A DNA stretch of 64,000 nucleotides from an uncultured virus (IMG/VR IMGVR_UViG_3300037439_000286) (IMGVR_UViG_3300037439_000286); one strand, 5' to 3'; positions 19,690-28,429 are shown, counted from the first letter of the stretch. Notes: generated by a model from the letters alone, not told the origin. Program-made: numbers and translations.

Positions 19690-20533
19690 GCGGATCTCCC
19701 TCCTCGAAGTTGCCGGTCCGGTCGGCCATGGCCGCCAGCTCGCCGCGGGCGCGCAGATGATGTAGTTCCTCGGCCGCGAGCACCTCCCCGGGGTCTTCAG
19801 CCAGGATAGCCGCGAAGTCGGTCGGGTGGCAGACCCAGAGCTTGATCTCCTCGCGGCGGCCGAGGGCAATGAAGCGGGAGACGGTGCCCATGAGGAAGAC
19901 GCGGGTGCCGGCCGGGAAGCGATCGACGGGCAAGGACTTCCAGTCGTCGCATTCTGGGCAGAAGTGCACCTCTTCGCATCCGCAGTCCTCGCATACCGCC
20001 GCATGTCTCACCGCCGACAGCGGACAGCCAGAGAAAGCGCATGAGACCGACCGCTCCGGTGCGCGCACGACCAGTGCCTCCGACGCCCGCACGTCCTCTC
20101 GCAGATGGTCCGGGATGAGGATCTGCCCCTGGTAGACCGGCATCTCGACTCGCTCGATCAGATACTGGCCCGGTGGCGGCCTCAAGTGCTCCTTCCACGA
20201 CACCCCGAGCGGGTCCTCCTCATCTTCCTCGCCGTCGGTGAGCGCGAGGACCTCGGAGCGATCCATCATCAGGTGGGCGCGCGACCGAAGCTTGATCTGC
20301 GTGCCGGCGAACGGCCCGAACACGACGCGCCGGCCGACCCGGTACTCGGGGCCGCAGTCCCAGCCGGCGGCGACGATGTGGCCGGAAGTTGGGCGTTTTC
20401 GGCGCGCGACGTCGGGAGCGACCAGGCCGGACGGGGTCACGAGTTCGGATGGGTCGTCCGGCTCGACCAGAAGGCGCGAGAAGGTCGGGCGGTAGAAGCT
20501 CACATCGGGCTTCGGGTCGGTGGGCTCGCTCAA
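19676..20533 (-). CDS. groES: Tandem GroES (Cpn10)-like co-chaperonin with Cys-rich insert
   Basis: Domain 1 RPTFSRLLVEP...TPSGLVAP...GHIVAAG...VGRRVVFGPFAGTQIK...LMMDRSEVLA; domain 2 LRPPPGQYLIER...GQILIPD...GTRVF. Confidence 0.75.
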   Translation of the reverse strand: MSEPTDPKPDVSFYRPTFSRLLVEPDDPSELVTPSGLVAPDVARRKRPTSGHIVAAGWDCGPEYRVGRRVVFGPFAGTQIKLRSRAHLMMDRSEVLALTDGEEDEEDPLGVSWKEHLRPPPGQYLIERVEMPVYQGQILIPDHLREDVRASEALVVRAPERSVSCAFSGCPLSAVRHAAVCEDCGCEEVHFCPECDDWKSLPVDRFPAGTRVFLMGTVSRFIALGRREEIKLWVCHPTDFAAILAEDPGEVLAAEELHHLRARGELAAMADRTGNFEEGDPRARR

Positions 20534-20838
20534 TGAGGGGCCTCCTCAATAATGTCCTCGTTCTGCCGTGGCGGATCTATCCACGGCAGAAGAACCGGAC
20601 TCACGTTCACGGCATCCACCGGGAGTCCGGCCGATGCCGCCATTCTTCGCATGATCCACCCCTTGAGGCAGTCAGTCCAGGAATCCCATGTCTCTTTGTC
20701 GTTGATCGCCGAAACATGAACAGACGCGATCTCGGCACGGGACTTATCCTCGGCTTCGGCAATCGCGAGGATGCGGTCCTTGGTCTCGGAGAAGCGGAGC
20801 CAAACGATCATCAGCCCTCGGCCGTTGGCGGATTTCAA
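20530..20838 (-). CDS. Hypothetical protein
   Basis: 4-nt overlaps on both sides. Confidence 0.55.
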   Translation of the reverse strand: MKSANGRGLMIVWLRFSETKDRILAIAEAEDKSRAEIASVHVSAINDKETWDSWTDCLKGWIMRRMAASAGLPVDAVNVSPVLLPWIDPPRQNEDIIEEAPH

Positions 20839-21386
20839 TTGATCGCCTCTCTTCCGGCGGCAGAACCCATCATCTCCTCCAGCACCCGCCGCCGTATCCG
20901 CACGATCTCGGCAAGCGCTTCGGGGTTGACGGCCTTGCGGGCCGCGTCAAGATGGCCGCGCACGATTTCGAGCGCATCTTCGAGTGGTTCGGCGGGCAGG
21001 TCGACCGAGCCCCGGGTGCGCATCGCGAGCGCCGTGCGGATCGCGTCCTCGACGTCCGGGAGCGACCCCCATTCGAGGATGCGGACGAAGGCGGCGTTTC
21101 GCGGCTCGACCTGGTGCGAGGAGGTGATGCGGCCGTCGTCGTGCGGATGAAGGGATGTGAACTCGTACCCGCGTTCGAGCCCGAGGTAGCGGACAGCCTG
21201 CCGGATCAGCTCTTCCCAGGATGGTTCGGCGTCGAATCCGGGAGTGCGGTAGCGTTCGAGCGGATAGGAGGAACCGAAGACATCGGTCGACGCGACGAAC
21301 GCCACGGCGAACGCGAGCTTGAATTCCTCACGGGTGAGGAAGGTGAAGAGGTGGGGCGGAGCGGTTGGCTCGGCAGGCCCGCTCAT
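20835..21386 (-). CDS. Hypothetical protein
   Basis: Start MSGPAEP via ATGA overlap. Confidence 0.6.
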   Translation of the reverse strand: MSGPAEPTAPPHLFTFLTREEFKLAFAVAFVASTDVFGSSYPLERYRTPGFDAEPSWEELIRQAVRYLGLERGYEFTSLHPHDDGRITSSHQVEPRNAAFVRILEWGSLPDVEDAIRTALAMRTRGSVDLPAEPLEDALEIVRGHLDAARKAVNPEALAEIVRIRRRVLEEMMGSAAGREAIN

Positions 21387-21709
21387 CCAACCAGTCCCTC
21401 GGACTCCCACGCATACATGATCTTGCCGACCGGCTCCTGGTACGACATCCCGTCCGACACGCACACCGGCTCGATCCACCAGCCGGCGAACCGGAGGCGG
21501 AACGCCCGATCACGAATCAGCCGGTCGCGGGCCGCGGCGACGGCTTCATCACGGGAGGTGAAGAGGCGCGGGAACTTGCGCGGGTAGAGGGGGAGGTAGT
21601 GGCCGGCCTGGCGCGCGACGAGCATCCAGGATTCGGTCGAGCCACGGCGCGGGAGGATGATGACGGGGCCGGGAGTCGGCAATGCACCCTCTTCCTGAAA
21701 ATACTTCAC
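21383..21709 (-). CDS. Hypothetical protein
   Basis: Packed ORF, RBS AAAGGG. Confidence 0.55.
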   Translation of the reverse strand: MKYFQEEGALPTPGPVIILPRRGSTESWMLVARQAGHYLPLYPRKFPRLFTSRDEAVAAARDRLIRDRAFRLRFAGWWIEPVCVSDGMSYQEPVGKIMYAWESEGLVG

Positions 21710-21715
21710 GGGATG

Positions 21716-21991
21716 TCACCCTTTCTGCCGGGCGAGTCGCGATTGCTCTCCGAGTAACTCATCCACCTTATCGATCACGTCCTGGAGCAGTTCTTTGGTA
21801 TAACAGCGAGTGTCGAAGATGGAAACTTCATCCTTCTCTTTTTGCAACCAATCCCTCAGCTCTATCATCCGTGAACAGTTTTGGTGCGCCCCGTCTGCGG
21901 GCTTTTCGTCACCATCCTCAGCCCCCCAGTGGCGGGCTAGAGATCGCTTTGTAATCGCGAACGCTTCCCGTACCCAGTGCCTGCCGCTCAC
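21716..21991 (-). CDS. Hypothetical protein
   Basis: Packed ORF, lower GC. Confidence 0.5.
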   Translation of the reverse strand: MSGRHWVREAFAITKRSLARHWGAEDGDEKPADGAHQNCSRMIELRDWLQKEKDEVSIFDTRCYTKELLQDVIDKVDELLGEQSRLARQKG

Positions 21992-22410
21992 GGCCCGACC
22001 GTCCTTTCCCGCGCTTCGGCCGCGAGCTGCACATACACCTCCACTACCCGCTCGGTCGGGACGCGATTCCCGCGCTCCATCGCCGTCACATGCTTGACGC
22101 AGATCTCGGCACGGTCGGCCACCGCCTTCTGAGTGAAGAGGTCGGTGCGCAGGCGGCGCAGGGATTCGGGGGTAGGGACTGCCGAGTACCGGCCGCAGGA
22201 CCCGCAGGTCGAGATCCGGTATCCGTCGGGCATGATCGATTCGAGCCGCTCGTGGAGGAAGTCATAGAGGTCGATCAGGCGGATGCGGCGGCCTTCGCAG
22301 AACCGCCGAGCCATCATGAGAAGGTCGGCAGCCGGGGGTGTGGATGGGGCTGTCGCGGCTACTGGTCGAGTACCGCCTGCCGCGTGCCCACTGGATCTGA
22401 TCGAGTCCAC
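21988..22410 (-). CDS. Zn-ribbon + XRE HTH regulator
   Basis: CGSCG...LRRLR...TQKAVADRAEICVKHVTAMERGNRVP; GTG start 7 nt after a -10 box. Confidence 0.7.
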   Translation of the reverse strand: MDSIRSSGHAAGGTRPVAATAPSTPPAADLLMMARRFCEGRRIRLIDLYDFLHERLESIMPDGYRISTCGSCGRYSAVPTPESLRRLRTDLFTQKAVADRAEICVKHVTAMERGNRVPTERVVEVYVQLAAEARERTVGP

Positions 22411-22417
22411 GGGCCGC

Positions 22418-22446
22418 ATGATACAGGTCGGCAGGCCGGGTGTCAA
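22418..22446 (-). promoter_or_regulatory. Sigma70-type promoter (leaderless)
   Basis: TTGACA-17-TATCAT-7-GTG. Confidence 0.8.
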
Positions 22447-22471
22447 TAGGCAGGGATGGGCGATCTGGCCC

Positions 22472-23008
22472 CTAGAGCCGCCACTCGCGTATCTCACCGC
22501 CGCATCTTGTGTCGTACATGCAGGCGATGCGGACCGCTCGGTTGAGGGCTGCTGGCGGCGGTACGCCATCTTCCAGCAGCGCGCGTGCGGCCCCCTCGGC
22601 GAATGCCCGGCCGGACCCCACTCCGACCGGCCTGCCCTCCTCGGCGTCCACCACCGACCAGCCGGAGCAGACGTGCCAGAGGCCGGCAGGCGAGGCGATC
22701 AGCAGGTGGCCCGGCGTGCACGGCGGCCCGGAGTCGTCCTCCGGCTTCCACTTGTCGACCTCCAGGACCAGGCGGCGAAGATGATCGACCAGGTCGTAGA
22801 CCGAGCCGAGGTTGTCCGTTGAGGGCGTTGTGCGGGAGGTGACAGCCATGGTCAGCAGGCGATGCTCGCCGGACACGCCGATCATGTAGTCTCCAGCCTG
22901 GAACACTTTGTTGGCCGATCTGGACACCACCACCCCGTTATTGACGACCAGGGACTCCGCCGCCAGGTACGTATGACCTGCCTGCCGGACACCGACGATG
23001 CAGGTCAT
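22472..23008 (-). CDS. HslV/proteasome-beta-like Ntn protease
   Basis: M-TCIVG N-terminal Thr, NKVF, IGVSG, VGSGRAFAEGA, YDTRCGG. Confidence 0.82.
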   Translation of the reverse strand: MTCIVGVRQAGHTYLAAESLVVNNGVVVSRSANKVFQAGDYMIGVSGEHRLLTMAVTSRTTPSTDNLGSVYDLVDHLRRLVLEVDKWKPEDDSGPPCTPGHLLIASPAGLWHVCSGWSVVDAEEGRPVGVGSGRAFAEGAARALLEDGVPPPAALNRAVRIACMYDTRCGGEIREWRL

Positions 23009-23208
23009 CGAGCCGCCGTCCTGCGGGGCCGCAGCAGCCGCCACATCGCGTACTGGACCCGGCCGCGGTCTATTTCGTGGGTACAGCCGGCCGATGTGAG
23101 ATCGAAAGTGCGATCGGAGTGCCGCGGGCCGGCCGGCGCCTGCGGATCGAGCTGGTCCTCCAGGTCCCAGGAGGACTGCAGCTCGGCGAGCAGGGCGTCA
23201 CGAGACAT
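23005..23208 (-). CDS. Hypothetical protein
   Basis: ATGA overlap with protease gene. Confidence 0.45.
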   Translation of the reverse strand: MSRDALLAELQSSWDLEDQLDPQAPAGPRHSDRTFDLTSAGCTHEIDRGRVQYAMWRLLRPRRTAAR

Positions 23209-23241
23209 ACTGGACCTGCGAGTCAACACCTACTTCGCGGC

Positions 23242-23493
23242 TCATCCCCGCACCTTCGACTTTGAGTTGAGCGGCCGGGCCATCGCGAGGGCGAGCGTGC
23301 GCACCACGGTACCGAGCCGCGTCTCGCCCAATCGCGCCGCAGCCTCCAGGACCTCCGCGTGCTCGCTCGGCGTGAAGTACACGGCGATGCGATGGCCGTG
23401 CGACTCGCGGCGCTCGATCTTGAGAGCGCGCAGATCGGCCGGCGCGTGGGAATCGAGGACGGAGGCGGCGGGTGCGGCGGACAGTATGCTCAT
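23242..23493 (-). CDS. Ribbon-helix-helix regulator
   Basis: HRIAVYFTPSEHAEVLEAAARLGETRLGTVVRTLAL. Confidence 0.65.
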   Translation of the reverse strand: MSILSAAPAASVLDSHAPADLRALKIERRESHGHRIAVYFTPSEHAEVLEAAARLGETRLGTVVRTLALAMARPLNSKSKVRG

Positions 23494-23500
23494 GTGGGCG

Positions 23501-23530
23501 ATTGTATACGAGGGCCGTGATGAGTGTCAA
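23501..23530 (-). promoter_or_regulatory. Sigma70-type promoter (leaderless)
   Basis: TTGACA-18-TACAAT-7-ATG. Confidence 0.8.
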
Positions 23531-23581
23531 GAGGTGTGCTGTGGGTTGTGCCGGGATGTGGGTCGCGACGGGTCGGCCGGT

Positions 23582-23917
23582 TCATGGTTCGGGCTCGGGA
23601 AGCGGCTCGACAGGAGAAGCAGAGGCGACGGGCACACGCACCCATGCCTCCCACCCGCTCCGCAGATCATAGTAGGCCCGCTCGGCCCGCCTGCGCCGCC
23701 GAACCAATATCGCGGTCTCCCCGAGAGCGGTCACGCGGACCACGTCCCGGCCGACCCAGGGGGCGGGCGTGTCGTGGACCGGGCGGAGCAGGGCACCGAT
23801 GCCCAGGCCGAGCGCGCGGAGTGCCTGGACCGGAGTCCCGGTTCGCGGGAGCGGGCGCCAGGCCATGTTGGCACGCGGGATTCGCGGGGTCCGCGGAGCC
23901 TGTGGAGTCTGCGGCAC
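23582..23917 (-). CDS. Hypothetical protein
   Basis: RBS GGAGGA; Pro-periodic N-terminus. Confidence 0.45.
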   Translation of the reverse strand: MPQTPQAPRTPRIPRANMAWRPLPRTGTPVQALRALGLGIGALLRPVHDTPAPWVGRDVVRVTALGETAILVRRRRRAERAYYDLRSGWEAWVRVPVASASPVEPLPEPEP

Positions 23918-23920
23918 GAA

Positions 23921-24235
23921 TCAGTCCTCCTCCTCGGGGCAGATCCGATCCAGGTCCTCGCGAATCTCGGCCGCGAGGATGTATGGCTCGTCGACGGCGC
24001 GACCGTTCCCGCCCCATCCGGTTTCCTTAAACCACTCGGCATGGTGTGTGCGGTTCTCGATCGCCGCGAGTAGTTCCTGCCGGACACGAATCGCCTCTTT
24101 GCGAGATTCCATTCGAGCGCCGAGAGCGGCGGCACGCGCGCCGGCCCGAAACGCGATCCTCATCTGCTCCTTGACCGTGGGGTCCCGGGGCTCGATTCGG
24201 CCCTGGGCCTTCCAGTATGTGTCGAACTCGTGCAT
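23921..24235 (-). CDS. Hypothetical protein (R-x-R-x-EL...LDR-x-x-P family)
   Basis: RBS AAGGAGG; IRVRQELL...LDRICPEED. Confidence 0.65.
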   Translation of the reverse strand: MHEFDTYWKAQGRIEPRDPTVKEQMRIAFRAGARAAALGARMESRKEAIRVRQELLAAIENRTHHAEWFKETGWGGNGRAVDEPYILAAEIREDLDRICPEEED

Positions 24236-24238
24236 GGA

Positions 24239-24586
24239 TCAGCCGTCCTCCTTCGGGCAGATCCGATCCAGGGCATCAACGAAATTCTCGGCCGTTGCGA
24301 TCGGCGCATCAGAGTGTATCTCGAAGGGGCGAAAGGCCGCCAGCAGCTCCCGGCGGATGCGCCGACTCTCGGCCGCGGCAGCGTCATTCAGTTGGTCGGC
24401 GAGCCACTCGGCATCCTCCTCATGATGGTATGAGATGTCGCCAATGAGGACATCCGCGACAGTGTCGAGAACCGCCCACGTGCCGACATCGCGACACTTC
24501 GAGCACGTGGCAGCGTCCTGGTAGACACGGTAGCGCGGGCCTGCGCCCATGGCGGCGATCTTGTCTGTCCCAGCGAAGTTGCCCAT
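24239..24586 (-). CDS. Hypothetical protein (same family)
   Basis: RBS GGAGG; RRIRRELL...LDRICPKED. Confidence 0.65.
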   Translation of the reverse strand: MGNFAGTDKIAAMGAGPRYRVYQDAATCSKCRDVGTWAVLDTVADVLIGDISYHHEEDAEWLADQLNDAAAAESRRIRRELLAAFRPFEIHSDAPIATAENFVDALDRICPKEDG

Positions 24587-24591
24587 ATGCG

Positions 24592-24858
24592 TCAGTCCTC
24601 CTCCTCGACAGCCGGGCAGGCCCGCTCGATCGCCAGCAGGACCGCCCGATCCTCGACGACGGAACCGGACCAGCCGGCCTGCACGTCGCGCCGGTAACGT
24701 GCGTTCTTCCGCACCCAGGTCTCCAGCTCGGCCCGGATTCGGGCACGCTCAGCCACTACCCCCTCGGCCCGAATACCCTCGATCCAGCGCCGCGTCTGGG
24801 CCGCGACATCCTCGTTCGGGAAGAGCGCCGCAAATCCTTCTTCGGTGAGGACCTTCAC
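24592..24858 (-). CDS. Hypothetical protein (same family)
   Basis: ERARIRAEL...IERACP. Confidence 0.6.
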   Translation of the reverse strand: MKVLTEEGFAALFPNEDVAAQTRRWIEGIRAEGVVAERARIRAELETWVRKNARYRRDVQAGWSGSVVEDRAVLLAIERACPAVEEED

Positions 24859-24944
24859 GTCATCTCCAGGCTCAGTAGGACCGCGGGCTTCTCGTCGTCG
24901 GCGTCGATGCCAGTGCCGGCGCCGGGGTTGGTCTCAACTCTCAT
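24855..24944 (-). CDS. 29-aa leaderless peptide MRVETNPGAGTGIDADDEKPAVLLSLEMT
   Basis: ATG 7 nt after TATAGT; its TGA overlaps GTG of next gene; below ORF-track cutoff. Confidence 0.5.
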   Translation of the reverse strand: MRVETNPGAGTGIDADDEKPAVLLSLEMT

Positions 24945-24951
24945 GGCCCGA

Positions 24952-24980
24952 ACTATAGCACGCGCCGCAGCACTTTGCAA
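24952..24980 (-). promoter_or_regulatory. Promoter with AGCA-N8-AGCA box in spacer
   Basis: TTGCAA-17-TATAGT; box at 24957-24972. Confidence 0.75.
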
Positions 24981-25475
24981 CTCCGGCCCGGAAAATACAG
25001 ATCCCGCCGAGCCAAAGGACCTGCGGCTGGCCCGCCGCGACGGGGTGTGTCCCTCGGCACCACGGCAGCAGACCTGTTACCCGGCAAACCAAAAGTGGCC
25101 CGCGGTCTGACAGTGGGGCTGATTTCACCGCGACACGCTCTCCCGCTTCGGACCGGGTGGGGTGGGCAGGCCCCCCGGGTAGGTGTATCAGTGTGCTACA
25201 TGTGTAGTGCACCTGGCAGGGGGAGCGCGTGGCGGGCGGTCGATCGGAGGGTAGGGTGGCGAGTCGAGATGGGTGGACATGCGCCTGGATCGGAGAACAG
25301 TCATCCGATAGTCCATGGGGTAGGCCGATGGCGCATGCAGGCCGGGCCTGCCTCTTTCAACCCAGGTGGTAAGTTGTTGACACGCCAGCACTTGCGGACA
25401 GTGGTTCCGGTACTGCCCCATTATGTAAACCGTGGGTGGATTCGCGCGGGTTCTGCATGCGCCGGCAATGCCTGA

Positions 25476-25515
25476 TGCGACAAATTGTCGCAGGCGGGTG
25501 GGACATAAAGTCGCA
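25476..25515. repeat. Two tandem 17-bp (pseudo)palindromes
   Basis: TGCGACAAATTGTCGCA at 25476-25492 and TGGGACATAAAGTCGCA at 25499-25515. Confidence 0.7.
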
Positions 25516-25610
25516 GTGCTCGGATCGCGGGCCGGCCGGCCGGAGCGATAGAGACTAGCCAGGCTCCCGGGTGGGGGACTGGCGCCGGCTCCGGGTGGGG
25601 CGGTCGGGCA

Positions 25611-25793
25611 CTAGCCAGGCTCCAGACTACCTAATGCCCCCGCAATGAGCTTGCGCGCCACGACGGCTCGCTTCTCCCCTCGGTGTGCCGCGAGGTCGGC
25701 GAGCCGGGATGCTTCCTGTTCCGATAGGCGCACCAGGACGGTGCACGTGTGCCGCGGGGCCGGGGGCTCAAGTTGCATGGACTTCCTTTTCAT
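25611..25793 (-). CDS. Ribbon-helix-helix regulator
   Basis: TCTVLVRLSEQEASRLADLAAHRGEKRAVVARKLI; RBS GGAGG. Confidence 0.7.
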   Translation of the reverse strand: MKRKSMQLEPPAPRHTCTVLVRLSEQEASRLADLAAHRGEKRAVVARKLIAGALGSLEPG

Positions 25794-26107
25794 CTTGCCT
25801 TCCTCCCTCTGCGCGGCCCGCCATGCGCCAGGCGATGGCACTTTGCGCAGAGCCACTCTACGTCCAGCGGTTTGAGGTAGTCCGCGTGATGACCATGCGG
25901 CACGCAGGGAACCGCGCACCGCTCGCACTTGCTCGGCCGGATGGCTACCCCGTGGCGGATCGCCCAGGCATGTATCTGCTGGCTCTGGAATTGGATCTCT
26001 CGGAAGCAAGCCCCGTCCCGCGCGAGGTCTTCGAGCCTGGACAGCCGTTCCTCCGGCGTTGGGGGCGGTGGACGGCGCGGCAGTATCTTGTTCCAGTCAT
26101 ATCCCAT
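25790..26107 (-). CDS. Small HNH-type endonuclease
   Basis: CERC...HGHHADYLKPLDVEWLCAKCHRLAH; ATG 7 nt after TGnTAGAAT. Confidence 0.8.
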   Translation of the reverse strand: MGYDWNKILPRRPPPPTPEERLSRLEDLARDGACFREIQFQSQQIHAWAIRHGVAIRPSKCERCAVPCVPHGHHADYLKPLDVEWLCAKCHRLAHGGPRRGRKAR

Positions 26108-26247
26108 GGAGAGGATTCTACCATAGATACTGCGACGGGAACCGAGACAGACACTCCAATAGATTGGATTCAATCCTCTGGATTTGTACGGTATTTTGAT
26201 TTCCGAGTCCAATAAACTTACGCCTCGCTTGCGCCTATCGCCTTTGA

Positions 26248-26260
26248 AATCAACGACTTA
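26248..26260 (+). promoter_or_regulatory. IHF-consensus site
   Basis: AATCAACGACTTA matches WATCAANNNNTTR. Confidence 0.55.
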
Positions 26261-26275
26261 CGCCCGGCGAGGGCA

Positions 26276-26303
26276 AGAATAGCACATGGCACAGCACGTG
26301 CAA
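26276..26303 (-). promoter_or_regulatory. Promoter with AGCA-N8-AGCA box in spacer
   Basis: TTGCAC-16-TATTCT; box at 26281-26296. Confidence 0.6.
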
Positions 26304-26385
26304 CATGCTGAGATCGGGCAAACATGGCGGCCCGGGGTCAAGCTGGATTCCAGACCACAAACCCGCAGGCACGCCAGACCGCCCG

Positions 26386-26504
26386 CACTCTTTGACAATC
26401 GCGTATCGGACGCGCTCCCGCCGCGGCGGGATGCAGTAGGCCGGTCCCCAGACCCTGGGAAACAGAGACACCAGGGCAGGGCCGGCCGGTGGGCGAGCGC
26501 CCAT
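26386..26504 (+). promoter_or_regulatory. boxA-like element followed by four hairpins (early leader)
   Basis: CACTCTTTGACAAT, then stems at 26400-26414, 26416-26431, 26439-26487 and 26489-26504. Confidence 0.5.
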
Positions 26505-26562
26505 CCCAGCGGATCGATTGACGGTCCTTTGAGATGAACGCTCGAACGAGAGGAGACAACAC

Positions 26563-26778
26563 ATGCGCAAGGAATATGCTTCCACGCCAAAGGGAATCGC
26601 AATGCTCGCAGCCGATCAGCGCAAGCACTTCCAATCACTGGCGCCACACGATGAGTTCGACGAATTCGACAAAGGGTATGCGGCGAGGCAAATCGCAGCG
26701 TTTTCCGCTGTCCTTGGTCTCATCCTGGGAACACGGGATGAGGCGCAGGTGCGAGAGCGGATCGCAGACATGAGGTAG
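26563..26778 (+). CDS. Early-region hypothetical protein
   Basis: RBS GAGGAG. Confidence 0.65.
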   Translation: MRKEYASTPKGIAMLAADQRKHFQSLAPHDEFDEFDKGYAARQIAAFSAVLGLILGTRDEAQVRERIADMR

Positions 26779-26874
26779 TGCCTGCCGGCCCGCGCGACTC
26801 TTTCGGGGTTGCGCTCTACCTTCGGGCAGGCCGGCCGGAAAGTAGAGTGGAGCCCCGAAACCTACACAGGAGGA

Positions 26875-27093
26875 ATGAATATGGACGCTGAGACTCGGCT
26901 GGAAGAATTCCGACAACTCGCACACGCAATGCACGGGCCGATGTATGACTGGCCCGAGCACATCTCTCTGGAGCATGCCCGGCTCGCGCAGGCCGCGGAC
27001 GACGAACGGTACGGGCCGGCCCCATACACCTGCCGGTTGTGCGGGCAGCGCATCGACGACGGTAAGCCTTGCGGGTGCGGGGCGAGGTACTAG
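26875..27093 (+). CDS. Early-region Cys-containing protein
   Basis: RBS AGGAGG; CRLC...CGC. Confidence 0.6.
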   Translation: MNMDAETRLEEFRQLAHAMHGPMYDWPEHISLEHARLAQAADDERYGPAPYTCRLCGQRIDDGKPCGCGARY

Positions 27094-27095
27094 CC

Positions 27096-27491
27096 ATGAA
27101 CGCTCCACGCTGCAACAAACACCAGACGGCCGAAACCCTCCCGCGGTTATGCGGCACCTGTCAACGCATCACGGTCGAACAGGAGATTGTGACGCGCACC
27201 GTGGACGCGCTCCTGGCCGCGGGGTATCTGCTTCAGACGGACATACAGGAAGACCCGCGGCCGGCCGCGCCGACTCGGGACCGGGACTACATCCTTACGG
27301 AAATGATAGAAGTGGACGACGAATTCCTCGGGGTTTGGTTCGGGCATCCCGCAGGCGGAGATCTCTGGCCGGACGCGTGGGTCCGTTTCGTTTACGGGAA
27401 CGATGGATGGGACGTTGTGAGTGACTACACGACGAACTTGGAAAGCATCCTGGCGCCGATCAACACGTACGCGGATTCGCTCGACCCCTGA
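27096..27491 (+). CDS. Early-region hypothetical protein
   Basis: RBS GAGG; WVRFVYGNDGWDVVSDYT phage-type motif. Confidence 0.7.
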   Translation: MNAPRCNKHQTAETLPRLCGTCQRITVEQEIVTRTVDALLAAGYLLQTDIQEDPRPAAPTRDRDYILTEMIEVDDEFLGVWFGHPAGGDLWPDAWVRFVYGNDGWDVVSDYTTNLESILAPINTYADSLDP

Positions 27492-27514
27492 ACGCCTATG
27501 ACAGGAGAATGTCA

Positions 27515-27751
27515 ATGAAAAGGGATAGCACACCCGCCGCAACCCGGCTCCGTGAGTTCATCACCCGCAACCACGCGGCCTATGGGGACCGGGGCAACTG
27601 GCCGACTCACACTGTCCGGGAAGAATCTACGCTCAACGCGCAGGCTGCTTTCGAGCGTGACATGCGGAATGCCTGCGCGCACAGGAACTCAGTCACTACG
27701 CCGGACGGCCACGGCGCCTATTGCGCGTCGTGCGGCGAGACGCTCGCCTAG
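27515..27751 (+). CDS. Early-region Cys-containing protein
   Basis: RBS AGGAG; CAH...CASCG. Confidence 0.6.
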   Translation: MKRDSTPAATRLREFITRNHAAYGDRGNWPTHTVREESTLNAQAAFERDMRNACAHRNSVTTPDGHGAYCASCGETLA

Positions 27752-27828
27752 CTACCACGGCAAGGCCGGAGGGGACCACCTTCCGGCCCCACCGCGGGCG
27801 CTACTGCCCAACAGGAGGAAAACAAACC

Positions 27829-28404
27829 ATGGACCGTAAGTGCTATCACCACCCGAGCCGGCCATCCGCAACGTTGGGAGGAGTTCCGCTCTGTGCTGAG
27901 TGCGCAGGGATCAAGGAAGAGCCGGTTCCCTTGCACGCCGGGAACCGCGCCACCCGCGGACCACGACGCGGACGGGACGGAATCCTCCGAAATGGCAAGC
28001 CCACGGTCGTCCGTGTGCTCGCCGTTGCCGTCGTGTCCGCTGCTCTCGCCTTTCCGTTCGCTCATCCGACCCATGCCGCGGATGCCAAACCCGCCGCGCC
28101 CAAACCCCTGCGCTCAGTGACGGTGCGCGTCATGCCAGAGGAAGCGTTCTACGGGCGCGAAGAGCACTTCCACATTTCCACCCTGACCGCGACCACCTGC
28201 ACTGTCCAGGTGGACCAGGCGAGCCTACGGGCACAGGGTGAACCGCTCCTTCTGCAGGCATTCCGGGCGTGCTGGGTAGCGAAACCGGAGCCGGCCGGGT
28301 GCCGCACGCTGACCCTGGAGGATGGAAACAAGGTGCGCGCCGTCGTCCTGGCCGGCGGGAAATGGGACAAGGCGGGATGCGATCAAGGGAAGGTTAAGCG
28401 ATAA
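27829..28404 (+). CDS. Early protein with Zn-finger-like N-terminus and internal TM/signal-like segment
   Basis: RBS AGGAGG; CYHHP...CAEC; VVRVLAVAVVSAALAFPFAHPTHA. Confidence 0.6.
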   Translation: MDRKCYHHPSRPSATLGGVPLCAECAGIKEEPVPLHAGNRATRGPRRGRDGILRNGKPTVVRVLAVAVVSAALAFPFAHPTHAADAKPAAPKPLRSVTVRVMPEEAFYGREEHFHISTLTATTCTVQVDQASLRAQGEPLLLQAFRACWVAKPEPAGCRTLTLEDGNKVRAVVLAGGKWDKAGCDQGKVKR

Positions 28405-28429
28405 ACATCTCGAAGGAAAGGATTTTGAC

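Noticed and set aside
26392..26420. Sigma70 promoter at TTGACA
   Set aside because: No -10 at 16-18 bp; fits boxA better
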